Positions 46,429-58,400 of a stretch of DNA of 64,000 bases are shown here, piece by piece. The DNA is from Pavona decussata (taxonomy: Eukaryota). The notes beneath the pieces were generated by a model. It was not told the origin of the DNA. It saw only the letters and a list, made by a program, of their open reading frames with translations, and made no database searches. The position numbers and the translations under genes are program-made. Numbering within the stretch: the stretch's first letter is position 1; each line of letters opens with the position of its first letter. The stretch is from the NCBI GenBank assembly GCA_977016875.1, contig CDRNST010000056.1:2418001-2482000 (forward strand), in the 5' to 3' direction.

Positions 46429-49400
46429 TCAAAATCCCGCTGCATAAGACCTCTTTCTGGGGTCAGCCTTGCCATAAAGTTTCCCATCAGCACTTGTGGC
46501 CGCGGCCTGTACAACAGCATAAAGGCTGATGTTCCTAACCTCGTGCCCAAGCCCCTGCAGCCCTGTTTGGATGGCCAGGGGCATCTGGTAATCTCTGTCG
46601 AGGCGAATGTAGTTAGGAAGCAACTGATGGTGGAGCCTGGGTTCTTCGACAGCTTGTGAGAGGTTTCGATTGAACCACAGGTAGTTCATCACAACCTAAA
46701 ACAAGAAAATTAAGAAAATCGGCATTTAACACAATCAGGTTTAAATTACAGCCATATTTCAGTTAACGTTGTCGTATTTTAAAGCCTCCAGCTTACGACT
46801 AGAAAGCCAAACTTGATGCTTGGGTATAGATTGAAATCGGGTAATTTGGCTGTGCGTAGTTGTGCGGTGGTTTGCGTCAAAGGATGGTAGAAAATACCAT
46901 AAACATTTGCCTTGATGTAGAGCCGGAGGCATAACTAGCGCTGAGTTTATTAAAGTTATCAATAATTAAAATTACCTAAATCACTTTGCGGTCTTGTCGG
47001 GTAGACTTTCGACAACGTTATCGAAATAACTATAAATCGGAACTGGACCAATCTTTCTCACGCGATTCAAGATCTGATAATGGCGCTCTATGAAGTCCAA
47101 CCATTCTTGAGAAACAGAAGAATTAAGTTGAAAGGGAAGTATCACAGGGTCCTTTGGACCTTTTGTGCTGAAAATTAGTTCACTTCACTTAGTTCAGTAT
47201 AAAATAATTCTAGAACATCAAGAAAAAGAGATCAACTGAATTCTTTAAAGGAACAACTCATGACCTGCTCTAGTGCATTTCCGGAACGAAAACACGAGAA
47301 ACTGCAAACAGTTAGCCTTACTCTTTTCAAGTTGCAGCCCATTCTAACCCAGTCCATCTGTGTCCAGAGACACTCATCAATAGTCTTAGTACATTGGGGT
47401 GACAATCTACAACAAATTTCAAATTACTTTTAGGTTTTTTGTTGATAAAAAAAAGCGTTTTTAAGTTTCGATTGATCAACACCAAACTCCCGTGATACTC
47501 CCCTTTAAGTTGAAAACAAGTAGGTTTACATGAAATCTCACCAAAGAGGTGGCAGTTGTGATTTTCGTGCCGCCAGAGGCCCCGACAACCAGACGAGGAA
47601 CGCCCTTACTGTCCACAAAAATCGAAGGGGTCATTGAAGACATGGGGCGTTTCCCAGGTTTGATATAGTTGCTCTGTGACGGCTCAACTCCAAAAGCGTT
47701 CTTTTTCCCAGGAGTGGAGAAGTCATCCATTTCGTTGTTGTAAATTATGCCAGTGCGCGTAGAGCGATACTTTGAACCAAAGCTGACGAACATAAAGACA
47801 TAAAAAGTTAATTAATCTCCCTCTCGACCGCACTTGTTATCACTGTAATTTTTTTCGTAACCCACAAATCTTAGGACGCTTTTAATTTGTCAAAAGTGGC
47901 CGGCCAGACCAGTCAGTTCATAAACGGTATGTACCAATTTTAAGGATAAGTTTTATCCTAGTCCTTCGCATTTCTCCAAATGGCGCCTAAAATTTTCTGA
48001 GTGATTATTTTTCAAGATTTTGTAGCACCATCCCTTCAAAATGACGCATTCGATTTACAGACTGGCCGACCAGATCAGCCAGTTTTGGCAAATTGAAAGC
48101 ACTCTTAGTCATTTCCGTTGATGCTGATGACCGCTGCGTTCACATAAATCCGACGAACAACCACTTTTATAGATGTAACGCGTTAATACGACCACTAAAA
48201 TGCAAGGTGGTTTATAGAACAGTTTTCAATTGAGTCTTAAAAAAAACAAAGTTATTACTGGCCAATCACAACAGACGTAAGCAGCACAATGAACCAATCA
48301 TAATTCGAAACAAATACGTAACCGACGTCAGTAAAGCACGGGTAGAAATAGGGACCCAGCCCCACACCCCACCCAAAATTCCGTGGAGTACCCCCTCCCG
48401 GGTGGGGAGGAAGGAGAGGGTGGCTCCAATACCAATGCATCGATCACAATTTCGACTATCGATTACGGTCGCAATACTTTTCACAATTATTGGTAGTTTC
48501 AATAGTCATCAAAGAATCTCCTGCAGCCCGTTTCACGTGTTTGAAAAATACATCCCCTGTTTCTTGTTCACCAGTGTTGTCACCCAGCATAACCATGTAA
48601 CCAGGAGCCGTAAAAATCAATTACAACTTTGCTTCTGTGTTAGTTTGATAGAAACTTGTTCCAGGGCCTTATCTGAATAAAGGAGATGGCAAGTAGTTGC
48701 GCTGTATCATAATGCAGGGTCTGAGATTGAGTGAAGTAAAAACTTACAAGATTATCGCAACAGTATCGCGATGGTATTCAACTATCACAATACTATCCAA
48801 TTTCGTACCCAGAATCCTCAGGCTCTTTGGCCAGCGGTTGGTCTCCAGGTAAGACTCTGGGGAAATGGAATTTTTTTTACCGCAGGATTTCTGCGGTAAA
48901 AACAATGCAAGCCGTTACGGGGCAGCCAATCAAAACAATTTAAATACAATTCCAGTTCCCCAGAGTCTTTCCTGGTCACCAACCGCTGGCAGGAGAACCT
49001 GAGAACTATGGTACGAGATTGAGTACTATCGCAATAGTCAAAATGACATGACCTTAAGTTTAATAGGCACCCCTAGATTAAAGTGGTTCTGAGTTTTGCG
49101 TTTGTGTTTTGGGCACTGTCAAGTGGTCCAGAATTAGACGCATACTTACTAGAGGTTAATTGTATTCGTGACAGAAACTGCATCCCCGTCCGGCGAAATG
49201 ATGGACAGGTGCGAGGTTCCTCCATCATTGGCCCTCGAGTAAAAATCTCCGTAGTACGTATAGTTGTCAAAGGTTCGATTATCATAAATCTTGTGCCGAA
49301 GAGATTCTCCAAAGGCGCTGCTGGTCATATTTTTAACAACCTGATACAGAGAAAAAACGGGAAGGTTCTACTATTTCATATGGGGAAAATATTATGGCTC

Positions 49401-52400
49401 TAGATTCAAACATGCATCATGACAATGACGGAAGAGTTGAATGAAAGAAATGTGATGTTACTTTTCACGCGGGGTGAATAAATAATAGACAAAGGCATGC
49501 TCGGAAAAAGAAAATCATAGTTCTCGTCTCTCAGAGCAGGACTCATCGGAAACGAACTTTCAGCGACGACCCACTTCTTGTAGCCTGTGATGAGGGGATG
49601 TCAATGAGGGGATAGCTTTAACAGTTAACGGTTAAATTTTGCCGATTTTGACGGTTGACGGTTATCAAGCGGAAATTTCTTCTATGAGTTAAAGTTAATG
49701 TTAACTTTTGTGGTTTTTGATATTAACAATTGCGTTCTGGAGGTTGCTTTTTAATCAGAAACACGTTATCAATGTAGTAAATCATTAATATTTTTAAACC
49801 GGAAGTACTTCCAGACGGAAGTGATGTCAGTTTAGATGCAAATGCTGAGTGAGCGAGACCATAAAGTGAGTATCTTTGGGAACATGGAAACCTGTTTACC
49901 AATCAGTAAAACGACTGTTTGAGAGCCAGAACTCCGGGATAAGCAGCTGAGATAGGGATATTTGAAAGAACTTGAAACCATTTGAAGGCAAATAATAACT
50001 CCTTTTTTGACGGTTGACGGTGGAAAAATTGCCCTTTTTGACGGCTGTTTGACGGCTGACGGTTAACCCCATTGAGTCCCTCTGTGAACAGGCTCCCAAG
50101 GGAGGAAGGAGAGAAAAATCGAGCTCGGCCTGGGGGAGACGGCCTCCAGGCCGGATTTAGCACAGAGTATTGAAAATGTTGGTTACTAAGAGAGGGGAAT
50201 ACCGGAGTACCCGGAGAAAAAACTTTCGGAGCAAGGACGAGAGCCAACAACAAACAACGGCCCACCTCCGTCACGTTCCAGAAGTCTTCGTCCCCAAGCA
50301 GCGCCCTGTAGGCATAAGCAAACTTGAACGCCTCCACTATTCGATGGTAAGTCAGAATTGAACTGTTAAGGTCTTTGCGGCTCGCTTCCGTGAAATTATA
50401 ACCTGTATACAGAGGAGATAAGAGATTTCTTGGAACAGTATTTCGGGTAAATCCCTTTTGATCTGCCGACATCAGAAGGGTGGCAGGTGGTTGGGGAGAC
50501 CTCGGCTCAAGAATAGCCAAGGAAATGAGCTAATAGTGAGATTTAGAATTAGTTTACCGCAAACGGCAGAAATGACTACGTGACCATGTTTATCCTACAT
50601 TTCCAGCTCGCTATTTTCAGTTTCCCAGTAAATTTAAGCAGTTTTGTGTTAGCATCAAAGGCTAGAATTATTTGCCCTATTCTCAACTATGTACTCATTT
50701 TTTCAAGAAGACATAAACGCAAATCTCACGTTTCCCGTTCGCGTAAACGCTATTTTAAATCTCTCTAATACTGAAGAATGTAACGTTTAACAAGGGGAAT
50801 GAAAGAAAGGAATAAAATGCGAAATTCAGGAATAATTTCCTCTACCCTGTATTTACCTTTCAAAATGTTCAGGATCAATGAAAGAACAGCTCCACTGCCT
50901 GGGGGTGGGTTCGTATACCACGTGTAGTTTCCCATTGTTTCAGAAAGCGGTGTTCGAACTTTGGTTCTGTAGTTTTTCAAATCTTCCAGCGTTATTATAC
51001 CTCCGCCTTCTTGAACATCCTTCACTATATCCTGGGCCAAGCTTCCGTTATAGAAGCTGCCTGGGTCATCGCGAATTCTTTCCAAAGTTCTCGCAAACTT
51101 AGGCATTTTTAGAACGGTCCCCAACTTCTTTAAGTTTCCTTGGTCATCTATGAGAAGTTCTCTAACAGTAAATAAAAATCACAGTGTAATATTTAAACGG
51201 GAGGTATCACGCAAATTTGTTGTTATTTCAAAACCAAAAAATGTGCATGTGTCTGTCAGGTAGAAACAAAGAAAAGATTGTCAAGTTTGTTATATGATTA
51301 TTGCCCAGTGCAATAAAACTGTCGATTAGTGCCTCTGGCCAGAGACAGAGTAGGTCGGTATGGATTGAAACTAATATGTTTTTTGAGGCTATAATGTTTT
51401 CAAGTTCTCGCATTTTTGTTTCCAAAATGCGCTAAATCAGATCACGAGTTGTTCCTTTCAAGAATTGAGTCGATTTCTTTCCTTTCGTCATTCTAGAATT
51501 ATTTGGCAGCTGATTGAAGGTCTTATTTCACCATTTTTAACAAAAGATACGAAAATCCCATGTTACTTAATAGCTTCCCCTTTAAGCGATAAACTTGGTC
51601 TCGGAGACCCAAAAATTTGATTCCTACACTCTCCCCACAACAGAGAGTTATTTATTATGAAGTCTTCTCAAACTCATTAATAATTCATAAAGCCAAAACA
51701 AAGCAAATTACTACCGTGAAGGAGGTCTAGAAATGTGATCTTATCATAAAATTTTGTGAACTTTTGCTTCGAATTTCGAAAAGCTATATCAAACACTAGA
51801 AAGTGTTTCCTCCTATTTTCAAAAACCTCAAAGTTAGTTTAAAAAAAAACCATCGCCCAGAATGCAACGACATATCCGGGACCTTGACTACGCCGCCGGC
51901 GGTAAATTTAAAAGGTAATCAGCGAAGCGGGCGTCAAACAAAAGAGAAAATGATCTGAAAATGTTGAATATGGCTAGCGTTTTTCGAGTTTTCGTCCAAA
52001 CTACTAAACATTTCATAGTTTTATCATATGGCTTTTACAGAAGAGGGATCAATAAAAAATATTTGACCATTGTCGACTTTTTAGTCCTTCTATAAACTCT
52101 GGCTATTTTAATCTAAATTTTGGCCATTTTAGTCACCAGTGGGTATGGGAAGTCGCTTTTGATTCACATTAACACTGGATTTCTGTTGAACTAATACCGC
52201 AATTTCTGTTTTATTATGTGGCTATGCCAGTCAAGCTTTTAAGGAAGCTTCATATAAATTTTCGTATGATTTTGACGGTTGGAAGTTCTAGCTTTAACAA
52301 ATTTTCTGAAACATCTAGTCTGATCTCTCTAGTTTTTGCCTTTGGTGAATCCCATGAGAACGCACCTGACTTATTTCAAAACTCCCGCGAGTATACTAAT

Positions 52401-55400
52401 GTATTCTAAGCTCCACCTCCACGAACAATAGCGCGTGTGGCATCGCAATTAACCATTCAAGTCGAAACGCTACCGCACAATTACTTTAATCTTGAATCGT
52501 TGTTAAATGTTTTCGAGTTTTGTTTCCTACTTTAAGGTACTTTGCAGAAGAATACGAGCCAGTCGTATTCACGTCACAAAGTGAGCTCAAATAAATAAAG
52601 GCATCGCTCTCTCTTAAACTCTCTAAAAGAACTTTCCATTATAACATGCTCTAAAAACTTTGTTTTAAGCGACAGGTTTGTTTATGCGTAACCACTGACG
52701 ACGCGCATCCCAGTCTTTTTATTGTTGCACATTAAACTAATTTACATACACCATCTCCTGCCGCTGCAAGTGTGCCGCAGAAACGCACGAGAAAAGTTCA
52801 AAATCTGATATTGAAAATGTGTTCCGTGCAAGAAATGCAACGCGTTGATCGGGAGCTCTCTTCAGAGCTCGAAGAATCCCCGATCAATCCTTCTTTCTTG
52901 CACATGTCTGTGCCATTATTGAACGGCTACAACCCCTTGTTCTATCTGCAATTGAACGGAGAGCCTCTTTGGGAATGGAGGAAGCTTCGCAGTCCCAGCA
53001 AATTATTCGATGCGCTGCAATACAACTTGTCCAGGATCGCCGGTTATAGATTGTCGTCCTCTTCTCGCGGTCGCGTTGGCATCGCCGTGTACAACAGGGT
53101 TGAGTACGTCGCCAAAAAAGTACGCGACACTAAGATTACCAGTCATCGACGTCAAGCATTAAGATCACAGTACTGGTGTTCTATTGCTCTGCATCCGAAC
53201 GAAATTACTCATGGTCCAGGAGAGGTGATAAAAGAGCTGAAAAGGAACGAAGAATTGCTGATTAAAGAATATCAAAGATTGAAAAATGAACTAGAAGGTA
53301 AGAACTTCATTTCAACCTAGTTTCGCCTTTAATTGAGTGCTACATGCACATGCCCAAAGAAACCACTCTAATTCTGATTTAACAATGGGCTATCATGATC
53401 CATGAAGGCGAAAGCAATAATACTGCTTTCATGCAACATAAAAAAAATAACCAAAATAAAATATTAAAAAAAAAAATTCAACACTAATCGGATGAGGCAA
53501 AACTATGAAAAGACTAGTAGAGACGGCTCAGTTTGTTTCAACATTCAGCTTAGCCCATTTCATTCTTGCTGCAAACAGGCTCACTAACAGTTATAGTTAA
53601 AATACAATCAGAAACACAGACAACATCAAAACGTTATTTCAAGTGGAATGAATTACTATACTGTCAAAAATAAAAACAACAGTGATCACAAAAATTTTTC
53701 TCCTCACAGTATCAATACAGCAGTCATAAGAAAATGTTGTGAGAATTAAGGAAGTGTTCCCAAAATATAACTGGTCTTGAATTTTAGACAGTCTGCCATC
53801 TAGTACTACAGGAAATGAATAGAGTCCAGTAAGGAAAATCTGTATGTCGACTTAACAGCCTGGTTTCACATTGGACATCCAATATTAACTTTATGAACCA
53901 TTTCAGCCAACCTTGGAAAAATGCAGCTCTTTATAAGTGGGTTTTTACTGTATTACAATTTTTTTTCTTTAAGATAAAGCATCACAGCTTTATGAAGCTA
54001 TGGCTGAGCTGAGAAGTGTCTCTAAACAGAATAGCCATCAAGGCAAGAAGACCGATGAAGTTGGGGAGCGACAACAACAGCGACATTTGAAGGAAATGAA
54101 GTAATTAAGCATACCATTTTTTTATTCCTAGTCTGCACAGCATTTTATTTGGAGACAATTTTCTTCATTCACTAATAATTATCAATGAATAGTGATATTT
54201 AACTACAGTCAACTCCCGATAACTTGAACCTTAATTAAGGCGAGGTTCAAGTTAACAAAGGTGTGAGTTATTGGGAGTTGACTGTACATGATACTGTTAT
54301 GATGAACAAGAGTCAAACTAGTGAATAAAATACAAATACAAATACAAATACAAATGCGCCGAATATTGCTACTTTTAAGCGAAACATGTTTGCCAGGTTT
54401 TTTAATTAACCCTATCGGTAAGAATTTTTGTAGTTTTAGCTTTTTTGCTTTTATCATGTTTTTTATTTTTTATCAATTTGAAGTTTTTAACCCCATCGAT
54501 GATCATTAAGTCTTTGTAGTTTCAGCTTCTAGTTTGAATTGCTGTTTTTATCATTTCGTAATTTTGTCTTATATATTGTATTTTTTAACCTTTTGTATAT
54601 TTAATCTTTATAGGACCTTACTGAAAACCACATTTAGTGAACGTAAGCCTCCTAATAAAAGATTATTATTATTATTAAATGCACAAATTAACATTGTAGA
54701 GGTTTAGAGGTAATGTCCTTTATTCTGGGAAGAGTAATACAGTATATCACTTTATTTAGGGATCTACATGCAGAACACCTGATCCTATTTCATATCCAAA
54801 TATGTGATTATGATTTTCTTTGTAGAGAGAAAGCAAAGAAAACACTGTGGTTTGCTGAGACCTATGGGTTTAGTTATATTTAAGAATCTGAATGTATTTT
54901 TCAAGGGGCGGGTGTCATTCGGACAACCCACACGTCCCCGCATGTACTAAGGTTTAGTTGTAAGCAATAAATATGTTTGTTTATAAGATTAGTTTGATTT
55001 CTTCCTAAAAATGACGCTAATAATAGTCATGTCATGTCATCGTCGACCATTGTCAGCCACTAGAACATGGTAGAAGTTTTCAGAATGTCAGTTTGCCTGT
55101 ATATTACCATTTTATGTCATTTGTATGCAAACGATAGACAAAACTTAGGGACCGTTCATTTTTTATGAGCAGGGGGGGGGGGGGGGGGGGGCTGGTGGGA
55201 TTTGGTTAATTGCCACTACGAAACTGTATGACCCCCCCCTAGCATGCAATTTTTTTCCACATGGCCCCCCCCAGCAGAACTATTTTTTTCTGATGGCCCC
55301 CCCCCCCCCCCCTCCCGCCCAACCAGAAACAAATCATACTCCTAACTTTAACAAAACGCTTATGTGCTGTTTATATCAAAGATAAACGTAATTGTTACTG

Positions 55401-58400
55401 TGATTTCTTTACAGTACTATTAACAAGTAACCGTTCTCTACTTAGGTAAAGATTTCTCTTGTTTAAAAAAACGTTTTATAGATAGCAACACGTTTACGGC
55501 AACGACAAACCCTAAATTTCCATTTAGATTCTCAAAGAAACTATAAAAATTAATCAAGCAAATGGTTAACGTGAAATTACTCCCCTTCGAGTAGAAACAA
55601 TTAATACACGTACAGATCTGACTAACAAAATACGGATCGAAGCATACCAATCAACGATTACGAGTCATATTAAACAGAAAAAAACAGCGGACGCACAGAT
55701 ATCAGTCGCGTAGGTAAGGGTTAGATAGGGGTGTTCGTTGAGCCCCAAATCTTGCTTACTAGGGGGGTCCGGGGGCATGCTCCCCCGGAAATTTTTGAAA
55801 ATCTAGGTTCCCAGAAACCTGATTTCCTGCATTTTGAGACCCATTTTAAACAAATCACAAATTTGTTTTACAGCAGCTTTTTGAGCTATATACATCATTC
55901 CTACGGCATAATTGTTTCAACTTAAACAAGAAAGTTCAATGTACATTCCGCGCCCTGTCGAGTTCTGATAGCTATTCGATCTGCTGATAGTCATACACCA
56001 AGCTGGTAAACTGCATCATTCTCGGGTGTAGGCCTTCGAAAAAATTGACTATCTCGTCAAAATTGACAGGCATATCATATTTGATATGCATTAGAACCAG
56101 GGCAGACATTCTACTCTCTCGCATGGTACACCTCATGTAATTGTTCAACCTCCTCATTAAGTGCTTTTTCTTCCGCCATTACTGATCTGTAAAGGGGGTT
56201 CGTTCGAACCCCTCGAACCCCCCCTCCTACGCGCCTGGATATTAAAGTACTTCTATTAAAAATGACAGTTACAAGCTTTTCTGAAGATGGCTTACGGCTC
56301 AGATTTACCGTCAACTGAAGTCACCAACAACAGTTCTATTATTAAAACTAATCTGGATGTTCACACTAGGCATACTACTGAGTCTACTGATACTCCTGGG
56401 TTCAAATAATTTACTAATCAACAGTCTTTATAAAAGTGAGTACTATTAAAAAGAACATTAAACAATCTATTGATATAGTTCATAGTACAACCACTTTGTA
56501 GAAAACTACTCCCCCAAGGATGATTCAATAGTGAGACTGATACGTTTTTATATTAATTTGAACTTGTACAAACATAGGTGCCTACCTCAGTTTATATTCA
56601 TTATTGCTTTTCCAACAGATATGCTTCATTTCCTCAGTTGTTGTTAATATAAAATGCAGATTTCGACCTCAGTATGTAAAACAAATTAAAAGTGGTTAGG
56701 AAAATCGCATTAAATAAAATTGAAATAATATTCAATTTCTTCATCTGTTTCTGTGTTGAGCCACTTTCAATTTTCCCTACTAGCCAATTATTTCTGGTGA
56801 CCCCCCCCCCCCCCCTCTTTCACTCATTTTTTTTTGGTAGCCCCCTCCTTTAGTGCCATTTTTTTTCTCGTGGCCCCCCCCTAAATCCCACCAGCCCCCC
56901 CATGCTCATAAAAAATGAACGGTCCCTTAGTTTCGCAGCTGCTCTCACAAAAACACGACACGAACGAAAAACAAAATAAAGTTATAAATACTTAGATGGA
57001 CTAGTATAGCATTCCCGGATATATATGACTAATTATAAGGAATATAAGACCTACCTTTTCCAGGGTCTTAGACGTTCCAAAGGCTCAGAGTTTCCACATT
57101 TCGCACAGCGACCCACCATTTTGTTTCTGACGTAAACTGTGCGCGCGCAGAAAATCTTATGTAGCAACCGCTTGGAGTAATTATCGTGGTTTCTTTTTGT
57201 TGAGCTGCCGCGCTCTGGGGACGAGAGGTTACAGTCCAGCGCGTATCGCCCACGTTGGAATTCGCACTGAGATTATTTACCATCAGCATGTCAAACCCAT
57301 CAGAACCAGATGAGTCAATAACGGTAATGCGGCTAAATTTCTTATGTTAACTTTTGGCTACAACGCCGTATTTTGGGATTAGTCTTGAACATAAAACAGT
57401 CTTGTAATTTCACCAAATATTTCATTTTTCAGCTCACATTCACAGACAGCCAAGTTGCTGATTTACTAGAGGAGCTGGGATCGTATGTGGAGGGGCATTT
57501 GGCTATGGCGGACTCTGTAAGTAAAATTTGCTCATTTAAGAAGAATATTTAGTGAAAATGACGACAAAACTTTGTAAGCAAAAATGAAAACGTAAGAGCT
57601 TTGTTTCACTGAGATTTTATCACAGCCGGTTTGTTTAGCATCCTCAGTTGTGAATTACAGAACTCTGACTTGTGAACAATTACACATAGCCCTTTAATAA
57701 TCGAAAATGACATGTATCTGGATTAGAACTTTTTAACTTAGAAGTGTTATGATCTGTCTTGGTTTTTAGGACACACCACAGATGGATTCGTTAGAAAGAT
57801 GGTTAGTATGTTGTGGATTTATTCTTTGCATTTAGAATTAGTGGTGGTCATCATTTCCGGAATTCATCATAGTGTTTTCCCAACCTACTTCTCGGTGTTT
57901 GGAAATCGGAGGAAACCAGGCTCTTCCTCGTGTTTGATATATTACTTGAAGGATGTATTTTAAAAGAGCAGCAATATTTCTAATCAGGTTTCACACTCAA
58001 GAGGTGAAGATGAGTGTGTTTAGACCAAGTTAAAGTTTTTAAACTACTTAAGGATGATGCCTCCTAACACAGAGATATTTTTGCACGGTTTATGACTATG
58101 CGGGAAAAATGGTTCTTAGCAAGAGTTATTGGAAACCAAAAACAAAATTGGGGTGGAACGACCGCAACACATTTTTCAGAGATACTTAAATAAGCAACAA
58201 TGATTATAAAAAGCTTTAAAATATATAATAATGTATGGTATTTTTTCCCAAATCAAAGCCAAGTTAAGTATCGCTGAAAAATGAATGGTTACCCCTAACT
58301 TTATTTTTTAAAATGCAATAATCCTTGCCAAGATCTCCTTTTCCCGCCAAGTCCAAACCACACAATTTAGCAGGCACAGTCATGCGTATCTCGGACCATC

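Noticed and set aside
49592-50080. Possible Sola-like MITE (GAGGG...CCCTC) inserted in an Academ-like TAGCCTGTGA/ACAGGCT end
   Set aside because: The TIRs are too degenerate and the TSD too ambiguous to call.
49903-50520. 205-aa ORF in the GGT region
   Set aside because: Only 50402-50266 is a GGT exon; the flanks are intron and MITE sequence.
57845-57874. CACTATG(AT) on the minus strand at the right end of the intronic insert, resembling a Transib/ProtoRAG heptamer terminus
   Set aside because: No matching left TIR or 5-bp TSD was found near 51850 and no catalytic RAG1/Transib core is present, so it may be coincidence.
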